Assembly (NCBI GenBank): GCA_947085855.1
Contig: CAMTYB010000001.1
Coordinates: forward strand, 564,427-628,426
DNA: 64,000 nucleotides
Direction: 5' to 3'
Source: an uncultured Candidatus Saccharibacteria bacterium
GTDB lineage: Bacteria; Patescibacteriota; Saccharimonadia; Saccharimonadales; 2-12-FULL-41-12
The notes under the pieces were generated by a model. It saw only the letters and a list, made by a program, of their open reading frames with translations. It made no database searches and was not told the DNA's origin. The translations under genes were made by a program, and so were the position numbers. This document shows positions 37,476 through 47,379 of the stretch, in pieces. Each line of letters opens with the position of its first letter. Within the stretch, counting starts at the first letter, position 1.

Positions 37476-37716
37476 CGTGAGCTGTTTACTTGACACATCA
37501 AAAGCATAAACTTTAGTATGTAATTGTACCTTTACACATAAATCAAATACGACGTTAAGTAAGGAATCACCTGAAAAAGTCGAACTAATTATGGGCCACA
37601 AAAAAGCTTTAAAGCTTGGTCAATCGATTGTTCGGCATGGGGTGATTCTTTTAATTTAGAGCCATTCCACGCCTCATGTAGAGGTACGTTTATCAACTAA
37701 ACGGAGGAATGGAGCT

Positions 37717-39060
37717 ATGAATAGTTCACTTTCAAATCAAAACAAAAATATCCAAATTAAATCAGTTAAAGTCAGCGAGCTAAAGGCAGCTGAATATAAC
37801 CCTCGCAAATGGAGTGAAAACTCCATAGCGCAACTAACAAAAAGCATTCAGCAGTTCGGATTAGTTGATCCTATTCTTGTAAATGGCTCTCCCGCAAGGA
37901 AGAACATCGTAATCGGCGGGCACTTCCGGCTAAAGGTTGCTAAGGATCTCGGCTATAAAGAAGTTCCGGTTGTCTATTTGCATATTCCGGATATTGAGCG
38001 GGAGCGAACACTTAACTTGCGGCTTAACAAAGCGGTCGGAGACTGGGACTGGGATTTACTCAAGGAATTTGATGAGTCACTATTAGATGAAGTTGGTTTC
38101 ACCAGTGAAGAACTTGATACCATCTTTGATCTCGATGATGACGAACCGGAGCAATTCGACCTCGATAAGGAACTCAAGAAATTAAATATTTCTGAAATCA
38201 AAGTTAAAAAAGGTGACGTCTACCAGCTGGGTGATTCCAGACTTATGTGTGGAGACTCAACCATTGAAGCAGAAATGCTGAAATTAATGAACGGCGAAAA
38301 AGCCGATATGTGCCTAACTGATCCTCCGTATATTTTAGATTATCTAAAAAGCGGTATTCGAAAAGGCAAACCAACTGAAGGCTTTGGTGCAAAACGCAAT
38401 CGTAAATATCTGGAAACTGACGAATTGCCGGACGACTTTACCGAACTGTGGATGGGCGGTATAGCAAAAATTGCAAAACCGGACTTCAGTATTATCGTAT
38501 ACGAAAATTGGAAGAATATCCCAGTTATCTGGGAAGAAATGGCTAAACGCTGGAAAGTAAAAAACATGATTGTTTGGCATTTGCCGAACCGACACCAAGG
38601 GTTCGGTGGTAAGTATAAGTTCTTCTCCAAACACGATATCGCGATGGTCGGTGCCAGCGGAGAAGTGCAATATAACCACGAAACTGAACCGGATGGTTTG
38701 CAGGAAGAGTATGAAACAGCTTTGTATGCGATAGCTGGGAAGCCCCATTGGCAAAACTACTCAAAAGGTAAACATCAACCAACTGACTTTATCGACTTCA
38801 ACGCAGCAGATGAAAAAAGCAGCGGGCAGGGAATCATATTCGGAGTAAAGCCACTTGAGATACTGATTCCATATATAAAGGTACTCACTAAACGCGGTGA
38901 CCTTATAGTTGAACCGTTCTGTGGCAGTGGCAGTACGCTTTGTGCCGCGACGAAGCTAAAACGCCGATGCTACATAATGGAAAAATCTCCGGTGTATGCT
39001 GAGGTGGCCATGGACAGATGGGAGAAAATGACTGGGCTAAAACGAAAGAAACTGTCATGA
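37717..39060 (+). CDS. ParB-like nuclease domain fused to an N6/N4 DNA methyltransferase (phage-type orphan MTase)
   Basis: N-terminal ParB/Srx fold (IVIGGHFRL). MTase motifs DPPY (CLTDPPYI) and FCGSGST. Confidence 0.8.
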   Translation: MNSSLSNQNKNIQIKSVKVSELKAAEYNPRKWSENSIAQLTKSIQQFGLVDPILVNGSPARKNIVIGGHFRLKVAKDLGYKEVPVVYLHIPDIERERTLNLRLNKAVGDWDWDLLKEFDESLLDEVGFTSEELDTIFDLDDDEPEQFDLDKELKKLNISEIKVKKGDVYQLGDSRLMCGDSTIEAEMLKLMNGEKADMCLTDPPYILDYLKSGIRKGKPTEGFGAKRNRKYLETDELPDDFTELWMGGIAKIAKPDFSIIVYENWKNIPVIWEEMAKRWKVKNMIVWHLPNRHQGFGGKYKFFSKHDIAMVGASGEVQYNHETEPDGLQEEYETALYAIAGKPHWQNYSKGKHQPTDFIDFNAADEKSSGQGIIFGVKPLEILIPYIKVLTKRGDLIVEPFCGSGSTLCAATKLKRRCYIMEKSPVYAEVAMDRWEKMTGLKRKKLS

Positions 39061-39458
39061 GTACGGCTACTAATAAAACGAAGGTGCTAGAGCAGCTCCG
39101 TAAAACTCCGCTGGTGCAAGTTGCTTGCCAGCGGGCGGGGATTGGCCGGGCAACCTATTACCGTTGGTTGAAAGCCGATGAAGCGTTTGCCGAAGCAGCT
39201 TTCGAAGCAATAGATCAGGGCACATCACTGGTAACAGATATAGCCGAAAGTCAGCTTATTAATGCCATTAAAGACCAGAATATGACGGCGATTATCTTTT
39301 GGCTGAAGCACCACCATGCAGCTTATGAAACTAGAGTCAGAGTTGATGGCCGGATAAAGCATCAAACCGAAGAATTAACACCCGAGCAGTCCGATTTGAT
39401 TGAGCGGGCTCTTAAAAACGCTGGCTTACTGCTGGCAGAAAGTGAGACAATCGAATGA
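39057..39458 (+). CDS. terminase small subunit-like HTH protein
   Basis: 133 aa. HTH QVACQRAGIGRATYYRWLK. ATGA overlaps with both the MTase stop and the TerL start. Start moved to the Met that overlaps the MTase stop. Confidence 0.45.
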   Translation: MSTATNKTKVLEQLRKTPLVQVACQRAGIGRATYYRWLKADEAFAEAAFEAIDQGTSLVTDIAESQLINAIKDQNMTAIIFWLKHHHAAYETRVRVDGRIKHQTEELTPEQSDLIERALKNAGLLLAESETIE

Positions 39459-41017
39459 AATACGAATCACCCTTCTCGCCTGAACTATGGCGGGAGATAA
39501 AAACTACGCGAAGTGTGCGTGTGAAGCTAGCTAGTGAGAGTTTATATAACTTTGCACACATCTATTTTCCAGGATACTTTGGATATGCAACTGCACCGTT
39601 CCAGCGTGAAATGTATATGATGCTAGAAGATCCAAATATTCGTCATCTTGGTATTGTCAGTTTTCGTGGTAGCGGTAAATCCAGTATTGTAACCACGTTC
39701 TTCTTGATGTGGGCAATACTCGGCAAGCAGCAAAAGAAATACGCTCTAATAGCCAGCCAAACTCAAGTCCAAGCCCGTAAGCACTTAGCTAATGCCAAAC
39801 AGGAATTTGATAGCAACGAACTGCTTGGAGATGACTTTGGTCCACTTAAGGAAACCAGTGATGAATGGGGTTCAATGTCACTGGTGCTACCAAAATACGG
39901 TGCACGAATCAGTGCCGTATCAAGCGAGCAAAGCATCAGAGGTACCAGGCACGGTTCACACAGGCCTGATCTAGTAATTGCCGATGATGTTGAAGACCTG
40001 CAATCGGTTAAAACTAGTGAAGGCCGGGAGAAAACCTTTAACTGGTATACCAGTGAGATATTGCCAGTTGGCGATCATACAACTAAGTTTGTATTGATAG
40101 GTAACTTACTTCATACCGACTCACTGATGATGCGGATGAAAGCCTTTAGCGAACGTCAGGCTGATCGATTTGTATTCAAAGAGTATCCTCTGCTCGATGA
40201 AAACGGAGTTTGTTTGTGGCCTGGTAAATATGACACCCCGGAAGCTATTGCGCGGGAAAAGATGGAGGCACCGAGCGAACGGGCATATTACCGAGAGTAT
40301 CTGCTAAAAATTCTGCCTGACAATATGCAGATAGTTAAGCCAGAAAACATTAAATATTACGATAATATTCCTCAGCAGCTGGCTGGCGGTTCATACCGCG
40401 TGGCAATTAGCGTTGACTTAGCAATATCCAAGAAAACCTCTGCCGATTATACGGCAATTGTCGTACTTGAAAAGCATGGCTACGGCAAAGATACCAAAAT
40501 CTACGTTCATCCTTACCCGATTAATAAGCGTAATCTCTACAGCGAAACCGTTCAGGACATAGCTTCTCTAAAAGCCCGACATACTTCAGCCGACATATAT
40601 ATTGAAGATGTAGGCATGCAGCGGGCTATTATAGAAATGTTAAAGCAAGAAAATATACCAGCTGAAGCAGTTCCGCTTAATGGGCGGGATAAAGAAGAGC
40701 GCTTGCAGGTGGCTTCCTTTTGGATTATTAATGGTACCGTTCAGTTTCCATACGAGGGCTGTCAAAAACTACTGGAACAAGTCATTGGTTTTGGGGTTGA
40801 AAGAGATGACCTTCTGGACGCGCTAACGCTCGGCATCATTCACCTTATGGAACAAAAGAATAAAGGACCAAGTATACGAGTTGGGTCAATTAGAGGGACG
40901 GTGTTTGACCGAGATATGCGTATGAAGTCAGTTTTTAGCGGAGCAGGTCGTTACCGCGTGTCTACTGCTTCAGATGAAGCTTTCTTCAGCTCGCCCACGG
41001 GGATTAGCATTTATTGA
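39455..41017 (+). CDS. phage terminase large subunit
   Basis: Walker A VSFRGSGKSS, Walker B LVIADDVED, C-terminal RNase-H-like nuclease Asp residues (ISVDLA, IEDVG, LDALTLG). Confidence 0.75.
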   Translation: MKYESPFSPELWREIKTTRSVRVKLASESLYNFAHIYFPGYFGYATAPFQREMYMMLEDPNIRHLGIVSFRGSGKSSIVTTFFLMWAILGKQQKKYALIASQTQVQARKHLANAKQEFDSNELLGDDFGPLKETSDEWGSMSLVLPKYGARISAVSSEQSIRGTRHGSHRPDLVIADDVEDLQSVKTSEGREKTFNWYTSEILPVGDHTTKFVLIGNLLHTDSLMMRMKAFSERQADRFVFKEYPLLDENGVCLWPGKYDTPEAIAREKMEAPSERAYYREYLLKILPDNMQIVKPENIKYYDNIPQQLAGGSYRVAISVDLAISKKTSADYTAIVVLEKHGYGKDTKIYVHPYPINKRNLYSETVQDIASLKARHTSADIYIEDVGMQRAIIEMLKQENIPAEAVPLNGRDKEERLQVASFWIINGTVQFPYEGCQKLLEQVIGFGVERDDLLDALTLGIIHLMEQKNKGPSIRVGSIRGTVFDRDMRMKSVFSGAGRYRVSTASDEAFFSSPTGISIY

Positions 41018-41065
41018 CAAGCAGACTAATATACTATACCCTATAGGGGTATAAGGAGATAGAGT

Positions 41066-41536
41066 ATGGAAGAAGGCAAAGCATTAAATTCAATGGCAAA
41101 AAGCGCAACGCTTCATTGTCTAACAGGTTGTGCGATCGGTGAAATTTTAGGTCTCGTCATTGGAACAGCGATAGGGCTTAGCACTATAGCTACAATTGCC
41201 TTAGCAGTTACATTAGCCTTTTTCTTTGGGTTTTTACTGTCAACACTGCCATTACTTAAAGTAGGGTTAGGTTTCTTCTCCGCGCTCTCAATAGTTTTTG
41301 CCGCTGACACATTGTCAATCGCAACTATGGAGGTGGTAGACAACGCAGTGATGGCTATAATACCCGGGGCAATGGAAGCAGGATTGGTTAATCCGCTTTT
41401 TTGGATCAGTATGCCGATTGCATTGACAGCAGCATTTTTTGCGGCTTACCCCGTAAATAAGTATCTATTAAAAAGAAATAAAGGCCATGCGTTGACCATG
41501 AAGTATCACGAAGGTCATGGAAGCCACCAGCATTAG
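41066..41536 (+). CDS. DUF4396-like membrane protein with a C-terminal His-rich tail (metal-associated)
   Basis: 4 TM helices and a YHEGHGSHQH C-terminus. Precedes csoR. Confidence 0.5.
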   Translation: MEEGKALNSMAKSATLHCLTGCAIGEILGLVIGTAIGLSTIATIALAVTLAFFFGFLLSTLPLLKVGLGFFSALSIVFAADTLSIATMEVVDNAVMAIIPGAMEAGLVNPLFWISMPIALTAAFFAAYPVNKYLLKRNKGHALTMKYHEGHGSHQH

Positions 41537-41546
41537 GAGAATTACT

Positions 41547-41831
41547 ATGACTAAATATGGATACGCCGAAAATAAAGTTTCAATCAATAAGCGACTTAAA
41601 CGAGCCGAAGGTCAGGTACGCGGTATTGCGAGAATGGTCGAAGAAGACAAATACTGTATAGATATACTAACTCAAATCACAGCAGCACAAGCCGCCTTGG
41701 ATAAGGTTGGTTTGCAACTACTATCTGAGCATACTAAGCACTGTCTATCGAATTCAAAAATCGGACCAAATGGCATTGATGAAAAGGCCGATGAAATGGT
41801 GAGCGCAGTAGGTAGAATGCTATCTCGATAA
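41547..41831 (+). CDS. csoR: CsoR/RcnR-family copper-sensing metalloregulator
   Basis: YCIDIL...EHTKHC (Cys-His-Cys triad). AGGAGA SD 7 nt upstream of the chosen ATG. Confidence 0.8.
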   Translation: MTKYGYAENKVSINKRLKRAEGQVRGIARMVEEDKYCIDILTQITAAQAALDKVGLQLLSEHTKHCLSNSKIGPNGIDEKADEMVSAVGRMLSR

Positions 41832-41853
41832 ATTAATTTACTAGGAGAATATT

Positions 41854-42258
41854 ATGGAAACTAGATCACTATTAATAGGAATTAGCAGCTTTATGGCTGG
41901 AGGCTTGTTAGTCTCAATTGCTGCAGTTACATTTGAAAAAGATAAGGAGACTGCATCAAATAGCTCTATGTCGTCTAGTATGCAGATGTCAGCAGATTCA
42001 TTAAAAGGTAAGAGCGGTGATGACTTTGATAAATCATTTATTACTGAAATGATTGCTCATCATGAAGGAGCAGTTGAAATGGCTAAATTAACTTCATCAA
42101 ATGCCAAACACGATGAAATAAAACAGTTATCTAACGATATAATTTCAGCCCAAGAAAAAGAAATTGGTCAAATGAAGCAGTGGCAAATGGATTGGGGTTA
42201 TAATAACTCTAATGACACTATGCAAATGGATCACTCAAAAATGAATATGGGACAATAA
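41854..42258 (+). CDS. DUF305 four-helix-bundle (copper-binding) secreted protein
   Basis: DFDKSFITEMIAHHEGAVEMAKL....IISAQEKEIGQMKQW motif. Confidence 0.7.
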   Translation: METRSLLIGISSFMAGGLLVSIAAVTFEKDKETASNSSMSSSMQMSADSLKGKSGDDFDKSFITEMIAHHEGAVEMAKLTSSNAKHDEIKQLSNDIISAQEKEIGQMKQWQMDWGYNNSNDTMQMDHSKMNMGQ

Positions 42259-42259
42259 C

Positions 42260-42655
42260 TTGGTCAAACCGAAACGGCTTGTAGATATTGCTGCAATAAT
42301 AGGCGTAATCTTCTTTATAGCTATAGTCGTTTATTTATCAAATAAAGAAGAACCAAAAGATAATCAACAGTTAAGTAATGTGAACGCAGCTCAGACGATT
42401 TACTATAATGATGGTGGATTTGATAAGGCATCAGTAACGATTGCTAAGGGTGAAACCGTAAAGTTTGTAAACAATACCGACAATGATCTATGGGTTGCTT
42501 CAGATCCCCACCCTCGCCATACTGATTTGCCAGGATTTGACGCACTCGGTCGAGCAAACGATGAATACGTATTTACATTCGATAAAGCTGGGACTTGGAA
42601 ATATCATAATCATAGCGCGGCAAGCCGTGAGGCCACAGTCGTGGTTACTGAGTAG
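42260..42655 (+). CDS. membrane-anchored cupredoxin-like domain protein (type-1 Cu site apparently lacking Cys)
   Basis: ETVKFVNNTD......GTWKYHNHSAASREATVVV resembles a plastocyanin-like strand pattern without the Cys ligand. Confidence 0.35.
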   Translation: MVKPKRLVDIAAIIGVIFFIAIVVYLSNKEEPKDNQQLSNVNAAQTIYYNDGGFDKASVTIAKGETVKFVNNTDNDLWVASDPHPRHTDLPGFDALGRANDEYVFTFDKAGTWKYHNHSAASREATVVVTE

Positions 42656-43552
42656 ATGAAACGTATTCTAAGTCCCAAATTGATTCTAATAATAAGCGCG
42701 TCGATAGTTCTTTTACTATCCCTCCTTATATTTAGACCGAAAGAAAAAACAGTGACTCAAAAAACGCTTACACCAGTTGCTTCAATTACGCACGCTCATG
42801 GTTTAGCAGTTAACCCAACTGATAATAGCAAAATATATATAGCTACTCATGAAGGTTTGTTTACACTAATTGATGAGAAGGAAATGTACCAGGTAGGCCA
42901 GAGCAAAGACGATTACATGGGGTTTACGGCGCACCCAAATAATCCAGATATTTTTTACAGTAGCGGTCACCCTGTGGCTGGCGGAAATATTGGATTTCAA
43001 AAATCTACTGATGGAGCATTTGAATGGAAGAAAGTTTCTGACGGAAATGAAGGACCAGTTGACTTTCATGCCCTTACAATCAGCCCTATTGATACTAATT
43101 TACTTTATGGTTGGTACAGAGGTAATATTCAAAGGTCTACAGATGAGGGTAACACGTGGCAAAGTATCCGGACTGCAAATCCAATTGTAAATCTTGTAGC
43201 CGATACAGCTGATAAAGATACGCTCTATGCGTCTGGCCCAAGAGGATTACAAAAGAGTACGGATGGTGGTCAGACGTTCACTACACTATTAGTTGGCTTC
43301 ACTTCGGCAATAGCGGTGAACCCAAGCAACGCAAAGCATGTCTTTACTTACAATGAAAAACTTCAGTTGGCTGAGAGTAAAGACGGCGGCCAAACCTGGC
43401 AAACTCGCCCTCAGGACTTTTCAGGCCAGACACCGTTGTTTATGGCGTTTTATAAAGCTGATCCAAAGATAGCCTATTTACTGACCGAAAAAAGTAATTT
43501 GTTCAAAAGTACTGATGGTGGCCAAACCTGGTTAAATATTACGAAATCGTAA
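42656..43552 (+). CDS. BNR/Asp-box repeat beta-propeller protein (Ycf48/sortilin-like), secreted
   Basis: Repeated STDGG(Q)TW / STDEGNTW Asp-box motifs. Confidence 0.6.
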   Translation: MKRILSPKLILIISASIVLLLSLLIFRPKEKTVTQKTLTPVASITHAHGLAVNPTDNSKIYIATHEGLFTLIDEKEMYQVGQSKDDYMGFTAHPNNPDIFYSSGHPVAGGNIGFQKSTDGAFEWKKVSDGNEGPVDFHALTISPIDTNLLYGWYRGNIQRSTDEGNTWQSIRTANPIVNLVADTADKDTLYASGPRGLQKSTDGGQTFTTLLVGFTSAIAVNPSNAKHVFTYNEKLQLAESKDGGQTWQTRPQDFSGQTPLFMAFYKADPKIAYLLTEKSNLFKSTDGGQTWLNITKS

Positions 43553-43560
43553 AAGTTATC

Positions 43561-44238
43561 TTACATCGACATTTGATGACCTTGCATCGAAGGTCCGCTT
43601 GAGCTAATATCATAACCCCACATCTTTGCCCAATCTTGCATATTGCCGATTTCAAGTGTCTGAGCATTAAAGATGTCTTCACTTAATTTTTTGATTTCAT
43701 CATGTTTGGCATTTTGGGCTGACTGGTTTGCCATATCGATTGCGCCCATATGATGGGCAACCATATCAATAATAAACTGCTTATCTAAATCGTCACCGGT
43801 TTTACCTTTCAGGCTCGCGGCCATAGCATCAATACCAGACTGACTCGGTTCTTTGTATTCATAACCCCACATCTGCGCCCAGCTTTTCATATCGGCAATT
43901 TCTCTAGTTTGCGCTTCAATAATTTGTCCGGCAAGCGTACGCAGTTCAGTGTGTTTGGCTTCCGTATCAACGAGCTGTGCCATAGCAATGGCACCCGCAT
44001 GATGTTCCGACATTAAGGTGATAAATGCCTTATCATATTCATCTCCAGTTTTTCCTTTCAATCCATCCGACATAGACATCATGGAAGAATTAAGGCTATT
44101 TTGGTCATTTGATGGAGCAGAGTTATTAGTCTGCTCTGCTTTCTTATCATCCTTTTTTAACGCCGCAGTTCCTGCACCTGCTAAGGCTAGTAAAATTATT
44201 ACCCCTATTAAAATTGTTAACTTTTTTGATTTACTCAT
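43561..44238 (-). CDS. secreted protein with two tandem DUF305 domains
   Basis: Two copies of D..F...M..HH.GAI.MA.....AKH.E.......I...Q..EI..M..W. Confidence 0.7.
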   Translation of the reverse strand: MSKSKKLTILIGVIILLALAGAGTAALKKDDKKAEQTNNSAPSNDQNSLNSSMMSMSDGLKGKTGDEYDKAFITLMSEHHAGAIAMAQLVDTEAKHTELRTLAGQIIEAQTREIADMKSWAQMWGYEYKEPSQSGIDAMAASLKGKTGDDLDKQFIIDMVAHHMGAIDMANQSAQNAKHDEIKKLSEDIFNAQTLEIGNMQDWAKMWGYDISSSGPSMQGHQMSM

Positions 44239-44251
44239 AAAATATTCTCCA

Positions 44252-44815
44252 TCAGGCCGTAGCCTTATTAGGTATGCTTGTTATTCGGATTAATGTTGGC
44301 GCTGCTTTATATATTGATCGTAACGCTATCATAATTGCCAAAACGTTAAGTCCAATTGTTAACATCTGCAACCGGCTATAACCTGCTCCTATGTAACTTC
44401 CCCCAGTTCCACCAACAAGACTTATAAGCGGTGCAAGTAAAGATCCCCCGCACGCTATGCAGTGCGAACTGATGAGCATGGTAAGTGTACCAGCAACCCT
44501 GCCTTTAGTCGATTTTGTCACGTTACGCATAAAGCGTATGACTTGAAAGTTAACCGCTAAAACTACAGACAGAATAAAAATACTAAAGGTTACTGGTTCA
44601 AAGAAAAAGCGTATAACACTCGCGTAAATATCTGTCAAAAAACCTAGTTTATCCAGCGGTGAAAGCAATGGTTGGTTAAATGTTAACTCCAAAATGAGCG
44701 CGATATTTGGTACTAATAACAAAAAACTTAATACTAAAAACCAATAGTATACAAAGCGTCCCCTTTCACCGGGTAAGCTAAGTAATCTTGCAATTGCTGT
44801 TGGTATACGTTTCAC
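44252..44815 (-). CDS. polytopic membrane protein with a CIACGG motif
   Basis: 187 aa, 5 hydrophobic segments. Confidence 0.4.
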   Translation of the reverse strand: MKRIPTAIARLLSLPGERGRFVYYWFLVLSFLLLVPNIALILELTFNQPLLSPLDKLGFLTDIYASVIRFFFEPVTFSIFILSVVLAVNFQVIRFMRNVTKSTKGRVAGTLTMLISSHCIACGGSLLAPLISLVGGTGGSYIGAGYSRLQMLTIGLNVLAIMIALRSIYKAAPTLIRITSIPNKATA

Positions 44816-44824
44816 GGATTTATC

Positions 44825-45352
44825 TTATGCACCTGCCTCAGGTGCTTTGCCGACATTTTGTCGGTACTGATCCATCAGTTTTTGCTCATCATAATTATCG
44901 AATTCAACGATATGATTCCATGATGCCATTACGATCGGTTTTTCTTGACCTTCCCTTGGCATAACTAATGCTTCAGATGACTGAAAATCTTTACGAGCAA
45001 ACGGTTTTGTAAATAAGCCCTTAAGCTTTTGCACTGTAGCCGGATCTGTATCGGGGCGATAGCTTATGACAACGCCACCATGCTCAAGGTTGTGAATATA
45101 GTCTTGAGCAGGTAGTTCTGATGGGTAGGCTTGATACGGAGCCACAACAGTATGTGGACCCGAGGTAGGTATTTCTGCCTTGTAATCCTTATACTCAGGT
45201 TGTCCTTGTTCGAGGTGATCGCGACCTTCATCGGCTTGATCATGCCCCAGGCGGCTTACCGGCGGCGGGGCGTCCTTCTTTTGAAATGCAAGTAAGCTAG
45301 CCATTCCAATGACCGCGAATGCAATAATTCCTATAAAAACTTTGTTTGACAC
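44825..45352 (-). CDS. DUF3105 domain membrane-anchored protein
   Basis: TSGPH...YIHNLEHGGVVISY motif typical of DUF3105. Confidence 0.55.
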   Translation of the reverse strand: MSNKVFIGIIAFAVIGMASLLAFQKKDAPPPVSRLGHDQADEGRDHLEQGQPEYKDYKAEIPTSGPHTVVAPYQAYPSELPAQDYIHNLEHGGVVISYRPDTDPATVQKLKGLFTKPFARKDFQSSEALVMPREGQEKPIVMASWNHIVEFDNYDEQKLMDQYRQNVGKAPEAGA

Positions 45353-45433
45353 GTTGTAAGCTCCAGTTAGTTAAACATTAAAATATACAGTCAAACCGAA
45401 ATAAATCGACATGACTTAAATAATGAATAAGGC

Positions 45434-45790
45434 CTAGTTTCGGAATTTACCGTATTCGAGTATTAGATCTGGCGGTCTACGTTTCAAATATGCCCAAAAT
45501 AAGACAGCGAAGGCGAGGCTATATGCAAAGTTTGTTAAAACAAGTTGGTTCTTTAAAATAGCAAAAGCTGGATACGGATCGTTATCTTCTTCTTCAATCT
45601 GTGGTTGCTGTTGCTTACCATTAACCATTGGAGCACAAACAGATTGGCACGGGTTATTATGACTCATCTTCATGCTGTCGTGAGGCATAGTTTGTTGCAT
45701 CAGAAGAGAATGGCCTGCGCCGACACCTAAAACGAGAACTAATCCGGTAGCTAAAGCTAGAAGTAATTTATGCAATTTTTTATGTATCAT
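45434..45790 (-). CDS. Met/His-rich small membrane protein (candidate Cu-binding)
   Basis: MQQTMPHDSMKMSHNNPCQSVCAPM stretch between two TM helices. Confidence 0.4.
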   Translation of the reverse strand: MIHKKLHKLLLALATGLVLVLGVGAGHSLLMQQTMPHDSMKMSHNNPCQSVCAPMVNGKQQQPQIEEEDNDPYPAFAILKNQLVLTNFAYSLAFAVLFWAYLKRRPPDLILEYGKFRN

Positions 45791-45852
45791 AACGATGTAG
45801 GTATTATATCAAATTTACTAAGCTATTAAATCTTTGCTGTCAGATTAGGTGC

Positions 45853-47307
45853 TTATTTATTTCTGCGGCATTCTGACTGCATAAATTCTATAGGAGCGTA
45901 ATTGTCGGTTAGCTTACGACTTTCAGACAAACCAAGAGTTATGCCGTCTTTTGGAAGCCAGTTTTGTTCGTTCTGACTATATGTAATAACTATATTCTGG
46001 CTTGATTCTAATGTTGTGTCTTTCAGAGGATATGCTTTTGAGAAGGGAAAATAGTTCTGGTAAGAGTTGTGAATGGAAGACAAAAGTTCACCGCAGGATC
46101 CTTGTTTTGAGCCGATAATATTGGCTGCTACTATGCCTCGCGGGCTTAAGGATCGTTTTAGCTGTTTAGCGTATTCATCCGTGGTTAAAGAAAAAGGTAT
46201 CAGCGTATCAGTGTAAACATCCACAAGTACAATGTCGTACCGCTTACTATTTTTGTTTAAGAATATACGTGCGTCTTGATTAATTACAGATACATTGGGC
46301 AGATCGGTATAACCAAAATACTTTTTAGCAATGGCAAGAAGCTCAGGGTCTATCTCGACAACATCAATTGCTGCTTCGGGATACTTTTGAGCCAAATGTT
46401 GAGGCAGTGTAAAAGCTCCTCCGCCTAGAATCAAAATACTGTCTTTTTTTGGTGCATTTTCTACCAGCTCTGCCATTTTTCGGGTGTAATCGAACACCAG
46501 TTCATTATCGCCGTCGCGATAAATGCCTGATTGTAACCCGCCGGGCCCAGCGGTAATGGCGCGAACCGGCCTGCCCTTATAGTCAATATCAACAATATTA
46601 TATGTTGCTGAGGGCGTATCGATTGTTGCGGCAATAGCAGGGTTCTGAGTGACAGATAGAGACAGTAAGGCAACAATCGCTATCAAAACGGCCGCGATGA
46701 GGCGTTTTTTTACTAAACGTTGCGGTTCGATTAACCAGCTGCTACAAAATAACAGGAAACCTATAATTAAGAGCGTTTCTTTTGAACCAATGTAGGAAAG
46801 GAAGATAAAACCGGTGAAAAAAGTTCCGGCGATGCTGCCGAGTGCGTTTAATGAACTTAGAGAAGCAATTGTGGTTCCGGTTGTTTGCAAGGATACATTT
46901 TTAAGCCGGGCAAGGTAGGGGCTTACGGCACCAATCAGAAAACTGGTTGGTGAAAAAAGCAGTAATGAAGCAATTAAGCCTTGTAATCGCGGATCATTGG
47001 TTAACTGCGGAATGTCAGTAAGAACAGCAGGAGCAATAATCAGTGTTGATACGGTAGCAAATGAACTTGCGAGAAGTATCAAGGCTATATCGAGTTGCTC
47101 TACGCGTTTGTCCGCAATCTTACCCCCGAATATATAGCCTGCAGATAGGGCGGCAATAATAACTCCAATAATACTTGTCCATGCGTAAATTGAACTTCCA
47201 ATAGTTGGAGCAAGCAGGCGAGTAGCAACTAATTCATATGTAAGTAGACTAAAGCCAGTTATAAAAGCAATGTAATCGTAACGGTGTAATGATTTAAGAC
47301 TCAACAT
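45853..47307 (-). CDS. fused polytopic membrane domain + spermidine/spermine synthase-like aminopropyltransferase domain
   Basis: N-terminal ~200 aa with 6-7 TM. C-terminal SAM-MTase-like fold with VLILGGGAFT and DVVEIDP. Confidence 0.55.
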   Translation of the reverse strand: MLSLKSLHRYDYIAFITGFSLLTYELVATRLLAPTIGSSIYAWTSIIGVIIAALSAGYIFGGKIADKRVEQLDIALILLASSFATVSTLIIAPAVLTDIPQLTNDPRLQGLIASLLLFSPTSFLIGAVSPYLARLKNVSLQTTGTTIASLSSLNALGSIAGTFFTGFIFLSYIGSKETLLIIGFLLFCSSWLIEPQRLVKKRLIAAVLIAIVALLSLSVTQNPAIAATIDTPSATYNIVDIDYKGRPVRAITAGPGGLQSGIYRDGDNELVFDYTRKMAELVENAPKKDSILILGGGAFTLPQHLAQKYPEAAIDVVEIDPELLAIAKKYFGYTDLPNVSVINQDARIFLNKNSKRYDIVLVDVYTDTLIPFSLTTDEYAKQLKRSLSPRGIVAANIIGSKQGSCGELLSSIHNSYQNYFPFSKAYPLKDTTLESSQNIVITYSQNEQNWLPKDGITLGLSESRKLTDNYAPIEFMQSECRRNK

Positions 47308-47379
47308 ATGACTATTATATGCCCAGGACTCATTAGATAATCGAAAATTGCCTAGACTTCCATAACCAGTGCGGTACTG

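Noticed and set aside
37068-37601. 177-aa minus-strand ORF antisense to the small rightward genes
   Set aside because: It overlaps the SD-bearing small ORFs on the plus strand and the promoter/operator region. No start context. Judged spurious.
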